Below the pieces are notes generated by a model. That model searched no databases and was not told the origin of the DNA. It saw only the letters and a program-made list of their open reading frames with translations. 64,000 nt of DNA. Source: an uncultured Actinomycetes bacterium (GTDB taxonomy: Bacteria > Actinomycetota > Thermoleophilia > Gaiellales > F1-60-MAGs149). Positions within the stretch are counted from its first letter, which is position 1; each line of letters begins with the position of its first letter. Positions 63,914-64,000 of the stretch are shown here, piece after piece. Location of the stretch: the NCBI GenBank assembly GCA_963779685.1, contig CAVZZG010000003.1, positions 44,950 through 108,949 on the forward strand, in the 5' to 3' direction. The position numbers and the translations under genes were made by a program.

Positions 63914-64000
63914 GTGAGGCGCCTCGACCGCCAGTCCGCCATCGTGCGTTGCGACTGGTGCAAGCGCACACTCCTGCTCGGTGAGAAGGTCGCCGCGTTC
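63914..64000 (+). CDS. Possible start of a downstream ORF (runs off the right edge)
   Basis: The GTG at 63914 opens VRRLDRQSAIVRCDWCKRTLLLGEKVAAF.. with no stop before the window ends. There is too little sequence to judge. Confidence 0.2.
   Translation, partial: MRRLDRQSAIVRCDWCKRTLLLGEKVAAF

Overview
This 64 kb window joins two unrelated genomic backgrounds. Positions 1 to ~2145 (~60% GC) carry alphaproteobacterial, Bradyrhizobium-like genes: the 5' end of groEL, groES with a CIRCE operator, a usg-family gene, and a Bug/TctC-type solute-binding gene. At ~2145 this segment meets a >70% GC actinobacterial-type chromosome segment that starts inside priA, and the genes on both sides are cut mid-gene. 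Synteny suggests a deep-branching Thermoleophilia/Rubrobacteria-like lineage, but that is inference only. The junction looks like an assembly or construction chimera rather than biology.

From 2.1 to 38.3 kb the content is conserved housekeeping, much of it linked by 1-4 nt start/stop overlaps:
- priA-def-fmt-rsmB
- rpe-ribD-ribE-ribBA-ribH-nitronate monooxygenase
- pdxH-dCMP deaminase-rpmB, on the minus strand
- asp23-DAK2-PilZ-recG-rsmD-coaD-coiled coil-yceD-rpmF-plsX-acpP-rnc-smc-ftsY-(CYTH)-ffh-rpsP-KH-rimM-trmD-rplS
- four tandem signal peptidase I paralogs, then rnhB-yraN-comM-dprA-sodA-tRNA-Trp

From 38.3 to 64 kb the content is mostly accessory:
- two small membrane proteins
- a LAL-type LuxR ATPase regulator, divergent from a methyltransferase, a hydrolase::glycosyltransferase fusion and a diheme cytochrome c
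- DUF2625 and xerC-whiG/fliA-ICMT
- two tandem orphan NarL-type response regulators separated by a hairpin-dense 430 nt spacer
- a nine-gene Tad/Flp pilus locus, which includes an unlisted 52-aa Flp pilin and a vWA::TadB fusion
- a divergent EF-G paralog behind an array of six 14-bp dyad boxes

About eleven single-nucleotide indels disrupt otherwise well conserved genes: usg, Bug, rplS, lepB-1, sodA and RR-1. They look like sequence errors.

No CRISPR array, rRNA, IS element or prophage was recognised. All calls come from reading the sequence and translations by eye; no searches were run.
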